This document shows positions 42,160 through 55,986 of a DNA stretch of 64,000 nucleotides, in pieces. Position numbers and translations under genes: made by a program. The notes below the pieces were generated by a model. It was not told where the DNA came from. It did no database searches and saw only the letters and a program-made list of their open reading frames with translations. Origin of the DNA: the human T2T-CHM13v2.0 reference genome, Homo sapiens; NCBI RefSeq assembly GCF_009914755.1, contig NC_060929.1; one strand, given 5' to 3'. The first letter of the stretch is position 1; each line of letters begins with the position of its first letter.

Positions 42160-44750
42160 GAAGCTTGACAAACTCCAAAGAAGATGAACTCAAAGAGACC
42201 CACACTGAAACATATCGTAAACTGTCAAAAGACAAAGAGAATCTTGAAAGTGGCAAGACAGAAGACTCATCACATACAAAAGATCTTCAATAAGATTATC
42301 AGCATATTTCTGATTAAAAACTTTTGAGGCCAGAATGCAGCAGGCTTTCTCTTTAGAACTCACAGAAGCTCTAAAAGGAAAAAAAACAGTCAAGCAAGAA
42401 TCTTATATCCAGCAAAACTGTCCTTTCACGGTGAAGGAGAAATTAAGACATACATTTTCAGTAAGCAAAAACTGAAGGGGTTTATTACCAATAGACCTGC
42501 TCTGTAGGAATGCTCAAGGGAGTCCTGAAGGGTAAAAATGAAAGGACTAGACAGTAACTAGAAACTATATGAAGAAATAAAAAGCTCAGTAAAGGTAAAT
42601 ACATGAAAATTATAAAAACTTGTTATTGTAACAATGGTTTGCAACTTCACTTTCTGTTTTCTACATGATTTGAGAGTAATACATTTTATAAAATTACCAG
42701 TTTAAAAGCTAGTGTTATTTTAACTTTGGTTTGTGATTCCACACTTTGTTTTCTACATAACTGAAGTGACTAATGTATTAAAAATGATTAACTTATGCTT
42801 TTGGACACACAATGTATGATGATGTAATTTTGCGATATCAACAACTGAAAAAGGTGAGGATGAAGCTGTTAAGGAGCAGAGATTTTGTATGTTATTAAAC
42901 TGTTCTAAATTCAAATTAGAGTTTTATAACTTATTTATAGTTAGTATGTTTAATGTAATTCCATGGTAACCACAAAGAAAATAGCTATAGAATATACACA
43001 AAAGGAAATGAGAAAGAAATTTTATCATTTCACTACCAAAAATCAGCTAAATACAAAAGAAGACAGTAATGCAGGAAATGAGGGACAAAAAAGCTATACG
43101 GCTTATAGAAAACAGGTAGCAAAATGACAGAAGTCCCTTCTTATTAGTAATTACTTTAAATGTAAAGACTAAACTTTGCAATCAAAAGACAGAAATTGGC
43201 AGTATGAATTTAAAAAAAACACACACACAAAATCTAACTACATGCTGTCTACAAGAAACTCACTTTAGATCCAAATACAGAAATAGGTTGAAAGCGAAAG
43301 GATGAAAGAAGGTATTTTATGCAAATAGTTACAAAAGAGAGTAAGGCTGGATATACTAATTTCAGATAAAATAAATTTCAAATTTAAAAAGATTACAAGA
43401 GACAAAGAAGGATGCTATACACTAATACAAGATACAATACAGCAAGAATATATAGCTATTTTAAACATTTTTCAGACCTAGTAACAGACCCTTGACATAC
43501 ATGTAGCAAAAATTAACAAACTTAAATGGATAGATAGTTCTACAATAATAGTTGGCGACTTTCATGCCTCACTCTCAATAATAGACAGAATAACTAGGCA
43601 GAAAGAAGATAGGTAAAGAAATAGAGGACTTGGACAGCACAATAAGCCAGCTAGCTCTAACAGACATATAAGGAACACTCTGTGCAACAGACACAGAATG
43701 CACATGTTTAAATGCACATGGGGCATTTTCCAGGAAATAAGAACCTTTGTACGCTGTGGATGGGAATGTTAAATGGTATAGCTGCCGTGGAAGATGGTGT
43801 GGTGGGTCCTCAAAAACCTTAAAGGAGAATTACCACAGGATCCAATAATTCTACTTATAGGTATGTACCCAGAAGAATTGAAAGTAGCGTCTCAAGGAGA
43901 TATCGTTGCTTTGAATACCCATTTTCATGGCAGTATTATTCTTTTTTTTTTTTTTTTTTTTTTGAGATGGAGTATTGCTCTGCCACCCAGGCTGGAGTGC
44001 AGTGGTACAACCTTGGCTTACTGCAACCTCTGCCCCCCTGGTTCCAGCGATTCTCCTGCCTCAGCATCCTGAGTAGCTGGGATTACAGGCACTCACCACC
44101 ATGCCTGGCTAATTTTTGTATTTTTAGTAGAGACGGGTTTTCACCATGTTGGCCAGGCTGGTCTCGAACTCCTGACATCTGGTGATGCGCCCGTCTTGGC
44201 CTCCCAAAGTGCTGGGAGTACAGGTGTGAGCCAACATGCCAGCCAGCAGTATTATTCTTAATAGCTAAAATGTGGGAGCAATTCAACTGTCCATCAATGG
44301 ATGAGTGAATCAGCAAAATGTGATATATACCTACAATGAAATATTATTTAGCCTTTCGAAAGAATAAAACCCTTCTACCCATGCTCAAGCTATAACATGG
44401 ATGAACTTTGAAGTGTAAAATAAGTGAAAAGTGAAATAAACCAGTTGAAAAAAGCTAAATACTATGTAATTCCACTTACATGAGGTGCTTAGAGCACTCA
44501 AAATTACAGAGACAGAAAACAGAATGATGGCTTCTTGGGCTGGGAGGAGATGGGAATGAGGAGTTATTGCTTTGTGGATATAGAACTTCAGTTTTGAAAG
44601 ATGAAAAGAGTTTTGGAGATGGATGAAGGTATAGGGTTAGCAATATGGATGTACTTCATACCACTGGTCTGTACACTTAAAATGCTTAAGATGGTAAATT
44701 TTATATTAATTGTATTTTACCACAAGGTTTTAAAAATTGAGAAAAAAACT
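42160..44750 (+). mobile_element. Old L1 (L1M/L1MB-like): ORF1 end, ORF2 endonuclease region, then 3' end; RT region absent
   Basis: EN-region motifs (atgctgtctacaagaaactcacttt, acaataatagttggcgacttt) run directly into 3'-end motifs (gggaatgttaaatggt, tgtccatcaatggatga, tacacttaaaatg). Confidence 0.85.
43942..44245 (-). mobile_element. Alu (AluS) inside L1
   Basis: Poly-T and reverse body; TSD gcagtattattctt. Confidence 0.95.
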
Positions 44751-45744
44751 TTATAAACTAATAGTAAAGTTCACTGTCAAAAAGCCATTTTTCTCCTAAA
44801 TCTAATTGTATCTCTTTTATATTCCAGCCCAGGGTAACCAGCAGCTGAAATCACAAGAACTTATCTACCAGCCCACAACATAATTTACTTCATTAGAAAG
44901 TTTTCCACAAGCTGGCATTGGAAACTTGGGCTTTAGAAGTGAAAGAAATCAACTTATCCCCTGCTCTGAGCCATCCTGCCTTACGTGGCTGATTTCTAAA
45001 CCACCACACAGGCCTTGTTACATTCTCCCTGCCGAGCATCCTTCCAACTTGTGTATAATAAGGAGATGAAGTTGAAAGAAGACGTCAATGAACATAGTAG
45101 TTTTTTTAATCTAAAAAATACAAACAGGCTTTAAAAGACCATATGTAAGTCTTCTTTAGTTTCCAAACCACAATAGATGTACTAGGCATGATTATTCTAA
45201 GGTCCCTGCAATAAATGAAATCCGAGGTAGTTCCAACAAATGATGAATTCATGGTGGAAAAATAATTTCACTCATTTGCTGTCTTATCATAGGTTTTGTT
45301 TTCTCTCCAAAAAATGCATAGTTGGGGTGAGGGGGCAATACAGAAAAAAAAGAAACGGGGGATGATTGCATTGTTTACAAAGCAAAAAGGAAATTATTTG
45401 GTTCTGTGAATGCAAAATGTTTTGACAGTATTTCCGATTTTGCAGGACATCTGGTGTAGATGATATCGAGGGCATTAGAAGTAAATAGCTAAATTCTGTT
45501 ATTAGTTCTGTTACTATTCTACCATATGGAAATATTTTTATTTTTCCCCTCAGTTTAATTCATTGTTGACTTGGGAGAGAAAAAATCCAATTAAAAATGA
45601 CATGTGAACTGCTTGTCACCCAACTCTTGGTTGCCTAACATTGTGGCCTATTTTTTGTATAGAGACCCAGTTCTTGAATTAGCCTCTATAAATATGTTTC
45701 CATGTATTGGCTTGAATTTTGTATAGAAATGAGAGTTGTAAAAA

Positions 45745-47010
45745 ATTAAAGGTCTGGAAGACTCAGTCTTGTTAAAATGTCAATTCACTCCAAATTAATT
45801 TATGTATAGGTTCAGTGCAAACCTAATAAAAATCTTAGTAAGTTGTTTTGTGGATAATGACAAGCTGATTCTAAAACTCATATTTAAAAGCAAAGAAACC
45901 TCAATAGCCAAAGCAATTTTGATAAAATAACAAAGATAGAACCCTCACACTACATAATTTCAAGACTTACTGTGAAGCCACGTTAATCAAGACAGCATGG
46001 TGTTGGTGAACGCATGAATCAAACTGATGGGGTCTAGACTCAATGACTTCCCAATAATAATGAACAAACCTACAGCCCAGATATCTGTTTCTAAATGCCA
46101 TTTTACAGTAGAAGAAACCAGACCTCCTTGTAGAATTAGTTGAATCCCAGGACGGGACAGGGAAAACTTAAGATAAGCCTAGAGCATCTAGTGGTGCCAG
46201 AAAGTAAGGAAGTGCTCAAAAAAGAATGGGGGCATGTCCAAAGCTCACAGGAGCCAACATGAAAGAGCTCCCAATGTCCCAAGTTTGAGCAAGTTAATGA
46301 TAGATTATTTTTATCAAGAGAATACAATAAGCATCCATGAGTCTATGACATAAAGAAATGAATGAATGAATGAATGGGAGATAACAGCTCTCCCAATGAA
46401 TAAATGTAGAAAGAAGATGGAAATATGAATTCACCAATAGAATGCCACAGTAATAATTGTTGCAGGCAAGATGTACCAACGAAAGCCAAAATTCGTGGGT
46501 AAAACTTTGAGGATAAAGATTATATGTGCCTAGTGCAAAATTATCTCCTTCAAGATACCCATTAATTGCTAAAGGAAAAATAGTAATTTTAAAAATGGAA
46601 ACACCTGGCAGATGCCATCTCAGCCAAGTGATCAAGATTAACATCACCAGTAAAAAGACATACTGACATCCCATACTTCCTGATTTGATACACTAAGAAG
46701 GGCTTATCGTTTCTGTGGTACTCTTGGCCAACAATGCGCAAGTAACATTTATTCATTGAAACACATTAGGCAGAACCAAATTGCAGGACATTCCTCAAAA
46801 TAGCTGTGCAATACTCTTCAAAAGTGTCAGATCCTGGAAGACAAAGAGATACTGAGGAACCATCACAGAGTGGGAGAGGACATGGAGACATAAAAACTAA
46901 CTGTAATGTGGAATCCTACATTGGATCATGGACCAGAAAGAGAACACTGATGGGAAGACTGATGAAATCTGAGTAAGTCTGTAGTTTGGTTTAGAGAATA
47001 ATAATAATAA
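45745..47010 (+). mobile_element. Old L1 fragments (ORF2 piece plus L1MC/MD-type 3' UTR)
   Basis: gacaagctgattctaaaa...aatagccaaagcaattttg...ttcaagacttact; caagtgatcaagattaacatcaccagtaa. Confidence 0.75.
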
Positions 47011-50000
47011 CAATAACGGTTTAGGTGCTGACTCCTTAATAAAATTCCCCTAGTTACTGTAATGTCTAAAAATGAAGCCCCCATGGTGGGCTACTGTGAC
47101 TATTCACTGCATTTAAGAATAAAGAATAATTAAGGATGTGTGAATAGATGGTAATAAGTTAATAACTCAGATGGTGCTGCTAATACATAACAACCCAAGG
47201 AGACAGCATCATGTAACGAAAATATTTTCACACTTCATAATCTATTGAACTCCTCTCTGTTTCTCTCTGGCCTCCCAATCTGTTGTTCTCTCTCTTTTTC
47301 TTTCCATCTGTCTCTTTCTTTCTCTCCCCCTCTACTTTTACTCATACTTCTGCATTATGTTCATATACAGTATAGAACTGAAGTATATTTTTAAGTAACT
47401 GATATTGTTATCAAGTCCCAGAGCTTCTCTACTGAAGCTTTTAAAGAGTTTCTGTCTTCCAAAATAAAAAGCTAAAGCTGCATTGTGGTGATTGTTCTTC
47501 CATGTAAGTCTTAAATTGATATAGCATGTGTGAGATTACTGGCTCTTGGTAGGAAATGTTTTCTTCTCTATGGCAAAAATCTTAGAAGTCCATTCAGAAT
47601 GATGCTGTCAGAATGTATTTTCATGGGATGCTTTGAAATAGACAAAAAAAAAAAAAAAACAGCACACAGCACACAAAGATTTTATTCTTTAACATTGTAA
47701 ATCAACTCAGTTTTTACCTTCTTGTTCATAATCATGGTGCAATGTAATACAATATATAGATGGCCAGTTAAAATAGGAGTAATTTCAAAATTTGATCATT
47801 CTTTTTCATAGAAGAGTACAATTTTTACTTGCAAAAAAAAGAGTTAATCAAATTTTGTTACATTTCCTTCTCCATCTCCACTACATTTTCAGAAAAAAAA
47901 AACAAATTATATTGATTGCTAATATGGTACAGATTAGACAGACAAGAGGTGCTCCTTGAGTTAGCTACCCCATAATTTATTAAAAAATTAATTTCAAATG
48001 GAGCTTGAGCACTTTCAAAATCTGGCTGTCATCCTAAATACCTTCTCTGGGGGATGCAAACTGTTATTTTTGTTTTATTTTGCTATTAATTTCCTTAGTT
48101 GAATTACCTCTAATTTAGCTCAGAGAGAGTCTGATCAAAAAAGATCATAAAGATGAAGAAAGATAGGAACCTATGCTTAGAAAGTGAAATCAAATACTAT
48201 ATAGCATTTCTCAAATATATTAGGCTTCCTAATCTATTTTTCATTCACTTCCCAATTCTGCTTATATCTAGCCCTGGACAGAAGTGAACACCAAATATAG
48301 GAAAAGAGAGTAAACTCCAGGTGTGTACACGTAAGTATGCATGTGTTGTGTGCATGGGTTGGAGGAGTGAAGCCTGGACTACAGAAATATTATTCTATAT
48401 TTAGAATAGCAGGCTGATTGAAATACCCCAGCTTTGTGCAGAGCTCTCAACTAAAGTTTGCACTAAGGAACAACCAAAATAACTAGACACTGGAGGAAAT
48501 CTGAAATGGGAAACAGAAAGCTCAAGATACAAACTTCTATCCCATAGCAAAGAGAGATAATTCCAGTAACTTAAGGACACTTCAACCCTCCAGTTAGTCC
48601 CTCCGAAAAATATAAAAAGATTTTTTGCATTCATAAAGCAAGAATAGGTGAGCTTTCACAAAATCAAGTTTGCTCAGATTCTAAAAGGTTCAAATGAAGA
48701 GTTGGAAAATACATTTAAGGGAATCTATAAGAACAACAACAACAAAAAAACCCTGAGACCATGATTATGGAAGACATGATAAGGGACATAGAGATGAAAT
48801 CAGAAGGTCTCCAGCAAAAACGGGTGGCTGCCTACTCAACATCAACTCTCTGCTTCCTTCTTATTAATATTTAGGGACTTCTGATGGTTTCTCCTTATCC
48901 CCTTCACCCTTCCCTCAACTCTCTGACTGGGCCACAGGAAGCATAGATGGAGAAAGAACAACCAGGTTGGGATCTGAGGGTGAAAGCTACATGCTAAAGA
49001 TGATGACTCCGGAAGAGGGACTGACCCTGGATTTTTACAACATCATGGAATTGCCACACCAGACAAAGACTTCTCCCCTATAGGTTTCTAATTACATGAA
49101 AATTTAAAACCATATTTTGTTGAATGAGCCACTTCAGTCATATTTCTGTTTATCTGGAAGCAGAAATAATGGTATCTAGAATAATCAGATATTATCTTAA
49201 AATAATACCATCTAATACAACATTCAAGATCCAACTAATAGAAAAGAATAAAGAAGGAAGAAAAGGGGGAAGAGAGGGAGAAAGGAAATAGATGAGGGAG
49301 TCTCAAAGAACAATAAAAACAATTTCCAAAAGATAAAGGGATGCAAGTGTCTTATATTTGGAAAACTGTCCCAAGGGCTGGCGCAGTTAATCACATCTCC
49401 ATATTTTGTACAACAAGAAAACAAGACATCATCTTTAAAGGTCCCAGGGGGGAAAAGAAAAGCAAGTAATACAGACAAATATAAAAATAAAGTTGAAGAA
49501 AAATTTTAAACTAGAAATTGTAGCCAGAATGTCTAATAAAACATTTTCAGACATACATGGATTTAGAAAGTTTGTATTTCCTATAACCTTCCTTAGAAGT
49601 CACATCAGAATGTACTTTGGCAAAACAGTATAAACCAAAAAAAAAAAAAAAAAAGGCAATTCAAAAAATATTCAACAAATCCAGAAAAGTAGTGAAAAAC
49701 AGTTTTATGTTGATTGTTCTCTCATTCTGCTGCAGAGCCATCAGTCACGATTGAAGCACAGAAATGAAACGTAATTAGAAACTCTTGGATGGAAGAGAGT
49801 TATAAAATACAGCTATGAGATAAAAAGTAAAAATTAGAAGGTCAGTGGGTTTTCAAAACAAATATAGTAGATTCTAAGTGACATTTTATATAACAAATAA
49901 CTCAGTGGAATGGTAGAACATTATTTGGAATATGCTGGGGATTGCATATATCTTGCACTTCACAAAAAATAAAAAAGACAACCAGAATGCCAGAGAATAA

Positions 50001-50168
50001 TTTTTTTAAAACCCACCAAAATGTATACAAGAAAGGAATGAACCAAATATAAAGTAGATCAAAACATTACATTATTTTGATCAATTGTGAAGAATAAAAA
50101 TCAGAATCTGTTTTGGCATTCTTCTTTCATTGGCCAGTAAATTGTGGCTTTAAAACTACAAAACTAAG

Positions 50169-50297
50169 GTCAGGCGCGGTGACATGCTATTGAGTCCCAG
50201 CTACTCAGGAGACTGAGGTGAGAGAATTGCTTGAAGCCAGGGATTTTAATCCATCCTGGGCAACACAGCAAGATTCTGGCTCTACTAAAACTAAAAC
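50169..50297 (+). mobile_element. Free Alu monomer (FLAM-like)
   Basis: Single ~130 bp arm: ggtcaggcgcggtg...gtcccagctactcagg...cctgggcaacacagcaag. Confidence 0.8.
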
Positions 50298-50849
50298 AAC
50301 TATACTACTACTACTTGATGATTCAGTAAATAATATTTAACGTAGTCAAGTAATATAAATACTGATTTTCAATTTTTGGGAACAAGGGTGAATCAATCAT
50401 GAAATGCTTACTAATGAAAACAAAACAAAATGTAAACCTGATTAATCTTGACCATGTAAAAGTACAGCTGAGAGCAGGTGGCCCAGACAGTTATGCTGTT
50501 CACAGACTTGAAGTTGAAGGGTACTGGGCTAGTCTCCTTGGGCAGAAGACCAGTTTGACGAGAGCTTTAAAATGTCTGTAGTGTCTGAGTTAGGAATCCT
50601 CTTTTAGGAATGGATAACTGGATGTTCAAAAGTTTACGCATGGGAACCTGAGGATGGTCATCACAGCATTATTTGCATTAGTAAGAAAAAAGGTAACAAT
50701 GTCAATGTGCAAACAATAGAAAATGCTTAAATGAATTGACATATCTGTACAATAATATATAACATTAAAATGGTAAATTTTAATGATTTGGGAAATATTT
50801 GTAATACAATATTGCTCAAATAAATTAGCTGAATGGGACTCTATTTCCA

Positions 50850-51188
50850 TGTCATAGACTGGGTGGCTTAAACAACAGAGATTTACTTCCCATAATCCTA
50901 GAGACTGGAAAGGCCAAAATGAAAGTGCTTTCAGATTCGGTTTCTGGTGAGGGCTCTCTCCCTGGCTTGTAGACAGCACTGTGTGCTCACATGGCAGAGG
51001 CCAACTGAGTGAGCTCTGCCTTCTCTTCCTTTTCTAATAAGGACAATAATCCCATCATGGGGCCCTACCTTATGACTTTATCTAAACCTAATCACTTCCC
51101 TAGGAACCCAGCTCCAAATACCATCACATTGGGGGTTACAGTTTCAACATATAAATTTTGGGAGGGCACAAACATTCAGTTCATAACA
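50850..51188 (-). mobile_element. MLT1 (A-like) LTR
   Basis: agactgggtggcttaaacaacaga...tctggtgagggctctct...acattcagttcataaca. Confidence 0.85.
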
Positions 51189-51294
51189 ATTCTGAACATT
51201 TACTGAGTGTTTACTGCAAGTTAATTTTAAAAAATTTTACATGTATTAATCTATCTAAATCTCCAAACCACCATGTGAAATAGATGCTATTTGT

Positions 51295-51442
51295 GAGCAT
51301 GTATATATGGAATATGTACATACTTATATACACATACATATACATACACATGTTTACATATATATACATGTCTGTCTATATACATACACATTCTATGTAC
51401 TATATATATGTATACATATGTAGGTATAAATATAATTATGTA
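51295..51442. repeat. TA/CA-rich low-complexity tract
   Basis: Read directly. Confidence 0.8.
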
Positions 51443-51454
51443 ATTTACTCACAA

Positions 51455-51880
51455 TGTCTCCTTCTCCCTCTCACCTTCTATGGTCCCCTCTTCATGAGAG
51501 AAGTATACTCCCTGCCTCATGGACTCTGACAGATCATGTAAGTAGCTTTAGTTTAATGAACCACTAGTAGATGGGATGGGAGCAGACACTATCAATAAGC
51601 TTGCATGGTTTAGGCTTGCTTTCTTTGCTTCTGCCATCACCAAGCTAGAAATAGGGTTCAGGTATTCACTGTGTCCAGAATGAGGTATGTGGTTTAGATC
51701 CAAACCTACCTATTGCCTGGAACCAGATCAGGTGAAGTTGCTGAGCCCAGCAAGCCAATTCCAGCCAAATCATCAACCTGTACACTCATGAGTGATAAAA
51801 ATAAATGCTTATTATTGTAATGCACTGAGATTTTGTGGCTTTTGTTACCCAACATTATTACAGTAACAACTGACTGATAC
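51455..51880 (+). mobile_element. Old MLT1 (H/I-like) LTR
   Basis: aataaatgcttattattgtaatgcactgagattttgtgg...aactgactgatac terminus. Confidence 0.65.
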
Positions 51881-52836
51881 TATATGTCTAAGTAAAGACT
51901 TTAGTGGTAATCTCTGGGTAGTAGAATGAAGAATGACTTTTATTATCTTCTTTACAGTTAATTGAATGATTTTAAAACTATTACCCACTACTTTTTCAAT
52001 TTTTAACATGTCTTTAGATAAAGCAAATAATTACTGTTACATTAATGTTTTGTGTTTGTATTATATACAGAATTATCTTAAAATCACCATTGATTTGGAA
52101 CTTTGAAATTATAGATTATTCAACACTTACTCTAACTTAATTTTAAAATTCAACTTTTTCCATGACTTAAAATGTTGGAGATTAAATAATCTCTTGGTTC
52201 AAAGAACCACTTAGGCTTTTTTAGAAAAACAAATTGAGGAATCTGTGATTTGGTAGTGTGTCTCCTTGGGCATACATGAATTTTTTCAAAATGTCATGAG
52301 ACTAGTATCATAAGTTGCTCATGGAGATCCAATTAGACAGAGTCACAGACTTACAGAAAAGGAAATCTTCGTATTTTTTAATTTATCAGGAATCCTGACT
52401 GAACTTTAATTTATACAACTACTGGAGCATTACACTTGGACACATTTGTTGAGCTTTGATAAATCATGGTGACTTTTGGGAACGTTGGTGAAGCATTTTA
52501 TGCATCAGCTGATGGGAGAGAGTCCACCAAACAAGACTGAATTTAGGAACTGGTCAGAATCCAAATTTATTTTTCATGGTACTTCTGGGTTACTGTCCCA
52601 AAGTCCTTTGAGCAAGGAAGGCCAAGGCCAATAACTTTAGCAAAGGGAAAAATTAACAATAAGCTTCCCCCCTGCCATTTAGCTGTTTCCTTTAGCCCCT
52701 TACTCTCCTGGCTGGCTTACATCTAAGAGTGACATTAAGGCTGATTGCAAGAGGTAGACCAATAAAAAGATAAAATTCATTTTTATATTGTCATTTTTTA
52801 TGTTAATGTCTCCAGCAAGACTAAAAGAATCACTAA

Positions 52837-53235
<399 letters not shown>

Positions 53236-54641
53236 TTATTTGTCATATTTTCTAATACTTTCCTTTATTACAAATAACATTGGGCTAAAATAATGTTCAG
53301 AAGTCAAGATTTGTTCATGTTTTGCCTGCTTTGGCCTTCCATTGACTCAATTGTTAATATTCTCCCCTTAGAAGGCTGCTTGAAGCAGATGAGAATGGGA
53401 ATGACAGAAGACTTGGTGGGGTTGCAAGGGTGTCTTGTTGCCCATCAAGAGATCTTATCAATGCCTGTTCCTGAAATTAGCTCCAACTGCATATTGTCTC
53501 CTAAATATTTGGGCACTGAGGGATCGTAACTTCTTGAACAAAGCATCAAAGTGTGTATTCTACCTTATTGATTTTAGGAAGCCAATTGGCAACTTAAAAA
53601 ATGCCAAAGGAAATATGGGGTTTAATTAATTTCTTCATTGGAAGTATTTCTTCTTTGGATATTATATTCATGTTTCTAACAGTTTTTTAAATAATATTCT
53701 TTGCTTATTTTGTTTCCTCTTTGCGGCTCATGCCACAGCATTTCTAGTTCAATTTTTTCTTCTATTTTTTCCTGACTTTCTCGAACAAGTTCTAACATCA
53801 CGTGCCTCTTAAAAATGCACATACTGCAAAAAAGAAGAAAGGAAGGAAGGAAAGAAACTTTTTTATTATTTACCAATGTTTGCCTCAGCATCTCAGACAC
53901 TCCTAGTATCGTGAATGATGATTGATCCTCATGTTTTGATTTGTGAGGTTTTTCCACAAAACACAAGGTTTTGTGGAAAAAGGAGAGTGATAAACTGCTC
54001 CTTAGGCCTCATTTAAAGGATCACTTTCCTAGCGATGTACTTATAATTGGTATGAGAGCTGAATGTCCTGGTGACCTCAGGTACCTTTTGGTAAATTATG
54101 CTTGTTTTAACTGCAATTTAGCCAGATGCCCTTAACCCGTCTTCCCCCCATCTTTACTGAGTTATAATTGAAAAATTAGATGTACAACTTAATGTTTTGA
54201 TTTACATATACATTGTGAAATAATCTCCACAATCAAGCTAATGAGCAAATTCATCACCTCACATAGTTATCTTTTTATTTTCTTTTCAGTGGGAATCATG
54301 CTTAAGATCTATTCTCCTAGCCAATTTCAAGTATACAGTACAGTATTGTTAACTATATTCACATTGCTGTACTTGAGGTCTCCAGAATTTACTCTTCTTG
54401 CATAATTGAAGCTTTGTGCACCTTGAACACTGCCCTATTTTCCCCCTACTCCTCAGCCTGTTAATCATCATTCTACTCTCTGCTTCTGTGAGTTTGACTA
54501 GGTTAGATTCCACGTATAGATGAGATAATGCAGTATTTTTCTTTCTGCATCTGGCTATTTCACTTAGCATAATGTCCTTCAGGTTTATCCATGTTGTTGT
54601 AAATGGCAGGGTTTCCTTTTTTAAAGCTGAATAATATTCCA

Positions 54642-54643
<2 letters not shown>

Positions 54644-54678
<35 letters not shown>
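54644..54678. repeat. (TG)n microsatellite inside L1
   Basis: Read directly. Confidence 0.95.
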
Positions 54679-54684
<6 letters not shown>

Positions 54685-55618
54685 CTTTATCCATTCATCC
54701 ATCACTGGTCATTTTAATTGTTTCTAGATCTTGGTTATTGTGAATAACACTACACCAAACACATGGACATGCAGATATCTCTTCAACATATGGATTTTAT
54801 TTCCTTTGGACATATACCCACAAGTGGGATTGCTGAATTATATGGTACTTGTAAAAATTTTTGAAAATATTTTTGATGACCCTCCATACTGTTTTCCATA
54901 ATGGCTTTTTCAATTTACATTTCCATCAATAATGCACAAGTGTTCACTTTTTTTCACGTTCTCACCAATACTTGCTATCCTTTGTCATTTTGATAATAGT
55001 CATTTCAACAGGTGTGAGGTAATATTTGGCTGCGATTTTGATTTGCATTTCCCTAACGATTAGTGATGTTGAGCAACTTTTCATATACCTTTCGGCCATT
55101 TGCATGTCTTCTTTTGGGAAATCTCTATTAAGATCCACTGCCCATTTTTTAATCAAGATATTATTATTTGCTACTGACTTGTATAAAATTTTTTGTACAT
55201 TTTGGATATTAACTTCTTATCAGATATATGGTTTGCAAATATTTTCTCCCATTCCATGGGATGCCTTTCACTCTGTTAATTGTTTCCTTTGCTTGTAGAA
55301 GCTTTTTAGTTTGATACAATCCAACTCAACTATTCTTTTTTTATTTTGTTACTTGTGCAGTTGATGTTATATCCAAAAGATCACTGCCATGAAAAACGTC
55401 AAGAAGATTTTTTCCTATTTTCTTCTAGTAGCTTTATGGTTTCAGGTCTGACATTTACATTTTTAATCCATTTTTAGTTGATGGTGTGAGATAAGTGTCC
55501 AGTTTCATTCTTCTCCACTGCATATGGGTATCCAGTTTTTCCACCATCATTTATTGAAGAGATTGTCCTTTCCCCATTGTGTTTTCTTGGCACCCTTTTC
55601 AAAATTGATTGACTGTAG

Positions 55619-55986
<368 letters not shown>

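Noticed and set aside
50169-50297. Possible 7SL/BC200-like RNA gene
   Set aside because: Diverged Alu monomer without the 7SL S-domain or BC200 unique 3' domain
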